A stretch of 64,000 nt of DNA from Lentimicrobiaceae bacterium (lineage in GTDB: Bacteria; Bacteroidota; Bacteroidia; Bacteroidales; UBA4417), in the NCBI GenBank assembly GCA_041753535.1, contig JBGSUB010000080.1:92208-156207 (forward strand), in the 5' to 3' direction. The translations under genes were made by a program, and so were the position numbers. Shown here one piece after another: positions 38,139 through 45,996 of the stretch. Below the pieces are notes generated by a model. It had not been told where the DNA came from. It made no database searches and worked only from the letters and a program-made list of their open reading frames with translations. Positions within the stretch are counted from its first letter, which is position 1. Each line of letters starts with the position of its first letter.

Positions 38139-38822
38139 CTATTGCAATTTGAAGATTACCGGTATCGTGAACGAAACCCTGACCGGTTTGCCTTGCTGGC
38201 TACCAGGTTTCCATGCCGGCAACATGCTGATTACCCGTTCTGCTTCTTTATCACAATCATCGTTTATGCCGCGGAGGGTTTTGATATTGCTGACTTTCCC
38301 ATCTCTTTCAACAACAAAATAGACATATACTGTTCCCTGTATTCCGGTTTGAACAGCTGTGGAAGGAAAATCAATATTTTTCGCAAGAAAGGCTTGCAGC
38401 GCACTGATGCCTCCCGGAAATTCAGGCATAATTTGCACTACAACAAGAGGAATGTCATCTTTAACAGATTCTTCGTCAGCAAGCTTAATTGTTGCAGGAG
38501 GTGTATAAATAGGTATTTCGTACCCGGGATTAATTTCCATGTCAATATCCGGTACATCTTTTGTTGGATCATCGTTACTAACAAAGTTGAGCATGGGTGC
38601 CAAAACAGGTTTAGGCGCCGGTTTCTGGTCCTCTATAACGGTATTTTTAATAACTATATCATCCTCAACACCTTCCCATTGATCAATTACAGCTATTTGT
38701 TTAACCGGCGATTCCCACTCAAAAGCTGCGAGCGACAGCCCGAGTGCAACAATAAGTCCAACCTGCAAAAAAATACTTTTCTTTGGCTCGAGGTCGACGC
38801 GTTTCGATTTCTTTGTTTCCAT
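38139..38822 (-). CDS. tonB: energy transducer TonB
   Basis: N-terminal TM anchor, Pro-containing linker, TonB_C: QIMPEFPGG...GTVYVYFVVERDGKVSNIKTLRGINDDCDKEAERVI...KPGSQQGKPV. Confidence 0.88.
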   Translation of the reverse strand: METKKSKRVDLEPKKSIFLQVGLIVALGLSLAAFEWESPVKQIAVIDQWEGVEDDIVIKNTVIEDQKPAPKPVLAPMLNFVSNDDPTKDVPDIDMEINPGYEIPIYTPPATIKLADEESVKDDIPLVVVQIMPEFPGGISALQAFLAKNIDFPSTAVQTGIQGTVYVYFVVERDGKVSNIKTLRGINDDCDKEAERVISMLPAWKPGSQQGKPVRVSFTIPVIFKLQ

Positions 38823-38950
38823 GGCTAGTGATATTAGAGGGTTAGCAATTTGTGTTTACAAACAGGAGATGCGCGTAAACAGGAATTTCCATAAATGCAT
38901 GAAAAACTTTTTTTAACTGCCTTCGTAACCCTTACTCTAATCACTCTATG

Positions 38951-39021
38951 CATTCTCCCTAAATCCTAAATCCTAAATCCTAACTAACCCCTAACCCCCA
39001 ACCCCTAAATACTATATCTTT
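38951..39021 (+). repeat. 71-nt G-free leader built of CCTAA(A/C) words directly upstream of the sigma-factor start
   Basis: No G between 38951 and 39021. (CCTAAAT)3 then CCTAACTAACCCCTAACCCCCAACCCCTAAAT. TAA triplets fall in all three frames. Confidence 0.9.
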
Positions 39022-39658
39022 GTATAAATTCCTCCAAAACGTGGCCCTCCGTTTTTTCCGTAAAGACGATAAAAAAGAACTGCTTTCTTTACCTGATGAG
39101 CAGCTGGTAGCGCGCTATGCCCGGACACACGACAAGGAAATAATTGGTGTACTTTACGAACGTTATACTCACCTGCTGTTTACAGTTTGTTACAAATACC
39201 TGGGCAACGATGCGGATGCCGAGGATACGGTGATGCTGGTATTCGAAAAGCTTTTCGAGTTGCTTAAGAAGTCAGAAATCAATAATTTTAAAAGCTGGGT
39301 TTATACCATTACCAAAAACGAATGCCTGATGCAGCTCAGGCACAAAAAATCCGGCGAACGTGTAAAAGAAGAGAACTTAAAAAAACTGGACTTTGAAATT
39401 ATGGAATCCGCGGAGCCTGATCATCTGTTAAATGGTGGAAATGGCTCAGGAGAACACCGCATACGCTGCCTCGAAACCGCTATAACCGGTCTGAGTTCAG
39501 AGCAAAAACAATGCATTGAATTGTTTTACCTGGACGAAAAATCGTACCGAGAGGTTGAACAGATAACAGGATTTACCTATAACGAAGTTAAAAGCCATAT
39601 TCAAAACGGCAAACGCAATCTGAAGCAAATGATGGAAAGGATAGAACGCTATGAGTGA
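39020..39658 (+). CDS. RNA polymerase ECF-type sigma-70 family factor
   Basis: Region 2-like YERYTHLLFTVCYKYL...DAEDTVMLVFEKL. Region 4 HTH CIELFYLDEKSYREVEQITGFTYNEVKSHIQNGKRNL. Start uncertain (TTG at 39020 or GTG at 39041). Confidence 0.85.
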   Translation: MYKFLQNVALRFFRKDDKKELLSLPDEQLVARYARTHDKEIIGVLYERYTHLLFTVCYKYLGNDADAEDTVMLVFEKLFELLKKSEINNFKSWVYTITKNECLMQLRHKKSGERVKEENLKKLDFEIMESAEPDHLLNGGNGSGEHRIRCLETAITGLSSEQKQCIELFYLDEKSYREVEQITGFTYNEVKSHIQNGKRNLKQMMERIERYE

Positions 39659-40901
39659 CACGAATAACAAGTCGTCGGCTCCCTTCACGCCCTCCGGTTG
39701 CCTTTCAGGCGATGCGCTGATGCTGTTCGTTACCGGATCGCTTTCGGATTCCGATCTGAAGCTGGCACAGCAACATATCTCTGAATGTCCTTTATGCGCC
39801 GATGCTGCCGACGGGCTAAAAATGTGGCTTCAGGAGCAAACGCCTGATCAGCAGGACTCGGTAAAAGAGTCAGATAGTTTAAAATCCGAAACGTCCGGAT
39901 TATCGGTGAAACCGCCTCTTGAAAAAGGATATAAAAGTAAATCTCCGGGCACAGCAGCTTATAAATTCCATACTCGGACAGAAGGAATTAATGAGCGTAT
40001 TAAGCAACGGGTGAATTTCCATAAAGAAGTTGACGCAGTTCAACACAAACGCAGGCAAATAAAACCCTATGCGTGGATAGGAGCAGCTGCAACGGTAGTG
40101 CTTTTCCTGAGTATTTTTTATATTCTACGTGTACAAAACCTGTTCGACAAACAGGAATTGGCTCGGAAAAATATCATTCAGGAAAAAGAACAGAACTCAA
40201 TTATTGAAAACTCAGACTCCATCTTAAAATCTTCAAACCTTGCGTTAAAAGAGGAAAACCAATTTAAAGTGAAACGGTCCTCCGAAATACCCAATGCTAT
40301 ACCTGTAATTAGTAATGATGAAATATCCAGTTATCAGAATAACAGTATTATAGAAGATTTATCCTTGGAAGAGATAGCTGAAGCAGAAAAGTTTGATACA
40401 TCTGTAACCGAAAACAACAATTCTCCGACTGAAGTAGCTGGTACGGTGATCACAGCTTATAAAGTTCCTTTGGAGAAAAAGTCAACGGGATATGCCGTTA
40501 TGGAAGAAAAACCTGTACCGGAGATTGATGGGGTTAAGGTTAATAAATCGAAAAGAAGTGAGAATAAGGAAAAGGAATCAGAAGAAGTGATTTTTACTAT
40601 TGTTGAACAAATGCCTGAATTTCCGGGCGGACAGGAAAAAATGCTTGATTTTCTCTCTGAAAATCTCAAATACCCCGATTCAGCAAAAGAAAGCGGAATA
40701 CAGGGAACCGTTTATATTTCTTTCGTGGTACGAAAGGATGGCCGGATTTCGGAGGTTAAAGTTTTAAGAAGCATAGGCGGAGGATGCGACGAAGAGGCTG
40801 TGCGCGTTGTAAAAAAAATGCCCCGATGGAAACCTGCAACCCAAAGAGGGAAAAAAGTGGATGTATTGTTTAATTTGCCGATAGTATTTAAACTTGATTA
40901 G
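39651..40901 (+). CDS. anti-sigma factor (zf-HC2-like) with one TM segment and a C-terminal TonB_C domain
   Basis: 8-nt overlap with the sigma gene. HISECPLCADAADG. TM segment YAWIGAAATVVLFLSIFYIL. C-terminal EQMPEFPGG...GTVYISFVVRKDGRISEVKVLRSIGGGCDEEAVRVV...KPATQRGKKV. Confidence 0.8.
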   Translation: MSDTNNKSSAPFTPSGCLSGDALMLFVTGSLSDSDLKLAQQHISECPLCADAADGLKMWLQEQTPDQQDSVKESDSLKSETSGLSVKPPLEKGYKSKSPGTAAYKFHTRTEGINERIKQRVNFHKEVDAVQHKRRQIKPYAWIGAAATVVLFLSIFYILRVQNLFDKQELARKNIIQEKEQNSIIENSDSILKSSNLALKEENQFKVKRSSEIPNAIPVISNDEISSYQNNSIIEDLSLEEIAEAEKFDTSVTENNNSPTEVAGTVITAYKVPLEKKSTGYAVMEEKPVPEIDGVKVNKSKRSENKEKESEEVIFTIVEQMPEFPGGQEKMLDFLSENLKYPDSAKESGIQGTVYISFVVRKDGRISEVKVLRSIGGGCDEEAVRVVKKMPRWKPATQRGKKVDVLFNLPIVFKLD

Positions 40902-41031
40902 TACTTTACGATTTTTATTTATCGGCTAAGCATTTCATTGTGCCTGGTTCCATTATCGTATTCGGCCAAATTACTTCACAAAAAACATTACTTTTGTTTA
41001 TACCTGTTTTGTTAACCAAAAACTGTTTCTT

Positions 41032-44000
41032 ATGAAACCAGCATTTACAGTCTTATGCAGTTTACTTTCAGTTTTACTTACCGCAATTATTGTACCTCAA
41101 AAAGCATATTCCCAGGTAGTTATAAATGAATACTCCTGTTCTAATTTCGACAGTTTTCCTGACGACTTTATGGAGTACGGCGACTGGCTGGAATTGTATA
41201 ACACAGGAAGCAATGCTGCCAACATATCAGGATATTACCTCAGCGATAATCCCGCTGCACCGCAGAAATGGCAAATCCCGGCCGGGGCAGTTATTCCTGC
41301 AAACGGCTTTCTTCGTTTTTGGGCATCGGGCCGCGACCTGGCAAATCCCGAAAATTTTCATACCAGTTTTAAATTTACCCAGACCAAAACGACACCTGAG
41401 TCCATAGTTTTTGCCGACCCATCAGGAATAATTATCGACCAGCAACAGCTCTCCATCACACAGAAAGGACATTCGAATGGACGGAAACCAAATGGCGGTA
41501 ACGAATGGAATGTTTTTACAACGCCAACTCCCGGAGGACCCAACAATACAACTGCCTATTTTCGCTATACCGAAAAACCGGTTATGAGTAGTACAAGTGG
41601 TTTCTATGATAACAGCCTGACAGTAAGTATCTCCACCAACGAACCGAACGCTAAAATACGTTACACTACAAATGGCAACGAACCTAATGCAACATCATCG
41701 CAATACACAGCCCCCATATCGGTAAGCGCGACCAAAGTATTAAAAGCCAGGGTCTTCAGCAACGATGCCACCATTCTTCCTGGTCTTATCGAGTTCAACA
41801 CATATTTTATCAACGAAAATTTTACATTACCGGTAATATCTATTTCTGCCAATGACCTGACCACTCTTTTAAATGGAAACGGGAACATCACTCCATGGGG
41901 ATCAATCGAATATTTTAATGCTGATAAAATCCGAACCACAACGGGTTATGGAGAATTCGACAGGCACGGACAGGATTCATGGGCACATCCTCAGCGAAGC
42001 CTCGATTATAAAATGCGCGACGAATGCGGGTACAATTATGCTTTACTCGAAAAGCTGTTTTCGGATACCGACAGGGATGAATATCAGAAAGTGATACTGC
42101 GTGCCTGTGGTGATGATAACTACCCCGGAATTGACTCAAGTGCCCAGGTTCGTGATGATTTTGTACAAACCGTTTCGGTAAAAGCCGGAATGAGTCTCGA
42201 TGAGCGCAAATCGGCACGGTGTATCATTTTTGCAAACGGTCAGTATTGGGGAGTTTATTCTATCCGCGAAAAACCAAATGACCACGATTACACAAAGTAC
42301 TATTACGACCAGGAAAAATATGATTTGTATTACCTGATGCTTTGGGGTAGTACCTGGGCCGAATATGGCGGCCAGGAAGCTTTTGACGACTGGAATGCAC
42401 TTTATACTTACATTATGACCCATAATATGGCGGTTCAGTCGAACTTTGATTATGTTGAGTCGCAGTACGATCCCACAAGCCTGACCAACTATATGCTGCT
42501 CAACTCATTCGTAGTATGTTCCGACTGGCTCAACTGGAATGTGGGATGGTGGAAAGGAACCAATCCAAACGGCAGCCATAAACGCTGGGGATATATGCTC
42601 TGGGACGAAGATGCAACCTTTAGCCATTATATTAATTATACCGGGATTCCGGCCCAGGATCCCTATGTGGCTCCCTGTTTCCAGGAAGATATTACCGGTT
42701 CGTCCGATCCCGAAGGACATGTGAAAGTGCTGAACAGGTTGTTGCAGAATCCGGGCTTTAAGCAATATTACATCTCGCGGTATGCCGATCTGCTGAATAC
42801 CGCTTTTAAACCTTCGAATATGATCCCGCTTTTCGACAGCCTCGTTGGACTGATTGCTCCCGAAATGCAGAGACATTGTACCCGCTGGGGAGGCAATGTT
42901 TCGCAATGGAACGAAAATGTGCAGAAAATACGCAATTTTGTCACAACAAGGTATAGTGTTGTTTCGGCGGGCATTAACGAATGTTATTCGGTAACTGGAC
43001 CATACCAGCTGGTTGTGAATATGGAGCCCCCTGCAGCCGGACAGGTTCAGGTTAATTCGCTTACGCTGAATAATTTGCCATGGTCAGGTAATTATTATGG
43101 TGGAATGGACACAAAACTTTCGGCAATTGAAACAAACCAGCAATATAAATTCGATCACTGGACTGTGAATAACAATGTTATTTTACCTTTTGATACAGCC
43201 CAGAATATCAGGATTAAATTAACTTCGGCTGACACCGTAACGGCCGTATTTATACCCAGGGTTTTCTCTGATTCATTGGTTATCAACGAAATAAATTACA
43301 ATTCCGCGCCCGATTTTGATCCTGGTGATTGGGTTGAATTGTACAATCCTATGGATCATTCAGTGGATATTTCAGGATGGGTTTTTAAGGATGAAGACGA
43401 TCTACACGCCTATACATTTGCTTCCGGCACACAAATTCCGTCGAAGGGCTATATTGTTATTGCTAATGATATGACGGCATTTCATAATTTATTCCCAATG
43501 GTTACCAATTATGTCGGTTCTATGGGATTTGGATTTGCCGGTGGCGGAGAACTGTTAAGGGTTTTTAATAATTCAGGAACCCTGATAGATACTGTTAATT
43601 ACGATGATGTTGCTCCCTGGCCAACCCGGCCTGACGGTCAAGGTGCGACCTTGGAATTGATTTCGCCTGACCTGGATAATGCCCTTGGCCAGAACTGGAA
43701 AGCCAGCGGAATAACAACGCATGGAACACCGGGTGAAGGAAACAGTATAAATGTTGGGCTCGATACACCTGTTGCCGCCGAAAAACTTACATTAACCATT
43801 TATCCGAATCCTTTCCGTAACACGGCAATGTTGAAAATTAATACGGCCTCCGTGATTAATGACGGTATGTTGGAAATCTACAACCTTGCCGGGCCGAAAG
43901 TTCAGCAGTTTGATCATATTTCATCGAAGCAGGTGGAGCTTAACAGAAGCGGGCTTCAGCCGGGTTGTTATATTCTCCGGTTTACAAATCTTGCCGGAAA

Positions 44001-44034
44001 CCTTACAGGCGTTGGAAAGATGATGGTGGAATGA
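41032..44034 (+). CDS. secreted CotH-family protein with two lamin-tail (LTD) domains, a chitobiase/hexosaminidase-C-like domain and a T9SS C-terminal sorting domain
   Basis: Signal peptide. LTD VVINEYS...GDWLELYNTG...ISGYYLSD and again LVINEINYNS...GDWVELYNPMD...ISGWVFKD. CotH-like core (RSLDYKMRDE...YWGVYSIREKPN). C-terminal LTIYPNPFRNTAMLKI... Confidence 0.8.
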   Translation: MKPAFTVLCSLLSVLLTAIIVPQKAYSQVVINEYSCSNFDSFPDDFMEYGDWLELYNTGSNAANISGYYLSDNPAAPQKWQIPAGAVIPANGFLRFWASGRDLANPENFHTSFKFTQTKTTPESIVFADPSGIIIDQQQLSITQKGHSNGRKPNGGNEWNVFTTPTPGGPNNTTAYFRYTEKPVMSSTSGFYDNSLTVSISTNEPNAKIRYTTNGNEPNATSSQYTAPISVSATKVLKARVFSNDATILPGLIEFNTYFINENFTLPVISISANDLTTLLNGNGNITPWGSIEYFNADKIRTTTGYGEFDRHGQDSWAHPQRSLDYKMRDECGYNYALLEKLFSDTDRDEYQKVILRACGDDNYPGIDSSAQVRDDFVQTVSVKAGMSLDERKSARCIIFANGQYWGVYSIREKPNDHDYTKYYYDQEKYDLYYLMLWGSTWAEYGGQEAFDDWNALYTYIMTHNMAVQSNFDYVESQYDPTSLTNYMLLNSFVVCSDWLNWNVGWWKGTNPNGSHKRWGYMLWDEDATFSHYINYTGIPAQDPYVAPCFQEDITGSSDPEGHVKVLNRLLQNPGFKQYYISRYADLLNTAFKPSNMIPLFDSLVGLIAPEMQRHCTRWGGNVSQWNENVQKIRNFVTTRYSVVSAGINECYSVTGPYQLVVNMEPPAAGQVQVNSLTLNNLPWSGNYYGGMDTKLSAIETNQQYKFDHWTVNNNVILPFDTAQNIRIKLTSADTVTAVFIPRVFSDSLVINEINYNSAPDFDPGDWVELYNPMDHSVDISGWVFKDEDDLHAYTFASGTQIPSKGYIVIANDMTAFHNLFPMVTNYVGSMGFGFAGGGELLRVFNNSGTLIDTVNYDDVAPWPTRPDGQGATLELISPDLDNALGQNWKASGITTHGTPGEGNSINVGLDTPVAAEKLTLTIYPNPFRNTAMLKINTASVINDGMLEIYNLAGPKVQQFDHISSKQVELNRSGLQPGCYILRFTNLAGNLTGVGKMMVE

Positions 44035-44160
44035 TGCCTGACGGGGCCGCGACTTTGAGTCGCACTCCGGCTAAGAAGTCGCAACAGTCATAGTTTCACG
44101 AGATGTGAAATCCTGATTAATCTTTACCTGTAATGGATTTCAGGAAAACCCCATTTATAA

Positions 44161-45111
44161 CTAAAATGTGTTGTTAAGATAAAATCCGATTGTGAAACTA
44201 TTTATCACTTTAGGTTTTGGGTTCACGTTGATATCATATAAAAACTTGGTACGTAATGTTAAGCGGAAGTGTTTCAGTAATTTAAAGTGAAATGCGTTGT
44301 TAATATCAGCTTTGTAATACTTTAGGAATTTGATATCAGACCTATTTACATTAAACTGGCTAAAATTTTCCAGGTATAAGTTTTTTAAAATCTCATGCGA
44401 TGGAACTGTAAAAACGAGGTTAAGACCAAATTCCATTTTGGTTACCTCGCCTTTTTCCAGTCCGTATAATTTTTTCGCTTCCCTGGTTTCGAATATGGCC
44501 TGATTTTTTATACGGGTCTTCCTGCCGTTAACTAAACCAAGTTCAATGGTACAATAATCACCGGCATCATATTTTATGCCTGCAGACAAATTGTTGTATC
44601 CCGGTGACAAATAGGATGTGTATAAAAAGGGGACCATCACGCCAGTACTATCTGCTTTATAGTCCTTATGCTTGAAGTACTGGCTTTTGGAATTTGTAAC
44701 AATATTGAAAGCAAACCTCGATTTGCCAAACCGGTAGGATAAGTTGTTTTTAAAATTATACTGATCTTCAGAAATGGAGGAGATGCTATCTACAAATTTT
44801 TTAAACCCGAATTCAGTGAAATAATAATTGGACATCATAAATTTACCGGCACTTACCTTATTATTTATTGTTAAATTATAGTACAGGTAGAGGCTGTTTT
44901 TTTCGTTGGAGGTTTGCCCGTTAATAAACTGTATGCTGGCAAACGTTGTATAAAAATCGATAATAGTTACTGCTTTAATTTGTCTTTCGGGAATAACCAA
45001 AGCACGGTTTGTACTGTCCTGCCCGGATACATTACTAAAAGAATGTGACAGGATCAGATAAAGAAGCAAATGTTTGGGTTTAGCTGAAATGAACATATTA
45101 AGGTTCAACAC
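44161..45111 (-). CDS. hypothetical protein, putative outer-membrane beta-barrel
   Basis: 316-aa ORF with N-terminal hydrophobic segment, alternating Tyr/Phe-rich strands and C-terminal ...YLNNTF (terminal Phe). No family recognised with confidence. Confidence 0.6.
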   Translation of the reverse strand: MLNLNMFISAKPKHLLLYLILSHSFSNVSGQDSTNRALVIPERQIKAVTIIDFYTTFASIQFINGQTSNEKNSLYLYYNLTINNKVSAGKFMMSNYYFTEFGFKKFVDSISSISEDQYNFKNNLSYRFGKSRFAFNIVTNSKSQYFKHKDYKADSTGVMVPFLYTSYLSPGYNNLSAGIKYDAGDYCTIELGLVNGRKTRIKNQAIFETREAKKLYGLEKGEVTKMEFGLNLVFTVPSHEILKNLYLENFSQFNVNRSDIKFLKYYKADINNAFHFKLLKHFRLTLRTKFLYDINVNPKPKVINSFTIGFYLNNTF

Positions 45112-45292
45112 TTTCCTGTAAATTCAATTAGGCTGGATATGGCTTACATTATTTTTTTACCAAATCCCGAACTTTTGGATTTTAGAATATAATATTCACT
45201 CCTTGAAAGAGCAATAATTCTTATATGGTAACGGCTTGGTTTGATGAAGAAACGGGAGGCTTTTCAGGAATTAAGAAAGCCTCCCTAAAATT

Positions 45293-45712
45293 TTATAAAG
45301 GGATTTCAATGCAATATTTACCATTCAGAAAGGTCAGGTTATATTCCCCTTTTTTAATTACCAGAGGTTTCGATGCTTGAACGGCAGTATTAATCTCAGT
45401 CGAAAAGGCAAAGTCCTCCGTAATCAGAACTTCGCTTTTATTAGTAAAGAAAACCAATTTATCGGGCTGAACATTTTGCAAATCCGTTTTATTAATGCTG
45501 AGTATCAGGCTTCCCCTTTCTTCATCAAAATCTAATGTCCCATTCACGGAGCCATCGTTATAGGATGTTGTTTTTTGTGCTGAACAAACACCAAAACCTG
45601 CACAATTCTGGCTCTTTTTCCCAATAGTAAGGGTTGTGGTTATTACAATCCCCGCAAAGGTTGATAATCCTAGCGTCAGTACAATTATTAATATATAGAA
45701 CTTTTTCATCAC
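45293..45712 (-). CDS. hypothetical small secreted protein (139 aa)
   Basis: MMKKFYILIIVLTLGLSTFA signal-like N-terminus. CAGFGVC motif. Preceded by the conserved upstream module, copy A. Confidence 0.65.
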   Translation of the reverse strand: MMKKFYILIIVLTLGLSTFAGIVITTTLTIGKKSQNCAGFGVCSAQKTTSYNDGSVNGTLDFDEERGSLILSINKTDLQNVQPDKLVFFTNKSEVLITEDFAFSTEINTAVQASKPLVIKKGEYNLTFLNGKYCIEIPL

Positions 45713-45882
45713 TTATAGCAATTAGTGATTGTCCTTACTTTTTACATCTCAAGGAATCAGGATGGGTTTCCATTTTCGCAGTCAACCAGGCACATGGAAC
45801 TCCAATAGCTAACCAGCGCGGATACGCTTCACTTTTTATGAAAAAATTTCCGGTTTAATTTATCGATTCAGCCTGCTGATGT

Positions 45883-45959
45883 TTTTGGTTCGTACTTAGT
45901 TAATTCGCGTTGACAATACACCTCAGGGGGAGGCTTTTTTATTTAGGGTGGCTAACCCC
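45883..45959. repeat. conserved ~80-bp element, copy A (includes a plus-strand terminator-like hairpin and GGGTGGCTAACCCC)
   Basis: TTTTGGTTCGTACTTAGTTAATTCGCGTTGACAATACACCTCAGGGGGAGGCTTTTTT...GGGTGGCTAACCCC. About 90 percent identical by eye to 48254-48333. Confidence 0.9.
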
Positions 45960-45996
45960 ATAATTAAAATAAGTAAACTGACCTCATTAAATCAGT

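Noticed and set aside
38142-38828. 228-aa plus-strand ORF exactly antisense to the TonB gene. Similar long antisense ORFs occur inside topA (24098-24946), the fused oxidoreductase (32965-33735), VIT-vWA (37342-37944), xdhB (4859-5302, 5040-5471) and elsewhere.
   Set aside because: Each lies fully inside a gene with strong family motifs on the opposite strand. Their translations are low-complexity (Arg/Phe/Asn/Cys-rich) with no recognisable domain. They are best explained as shadow ORFs.
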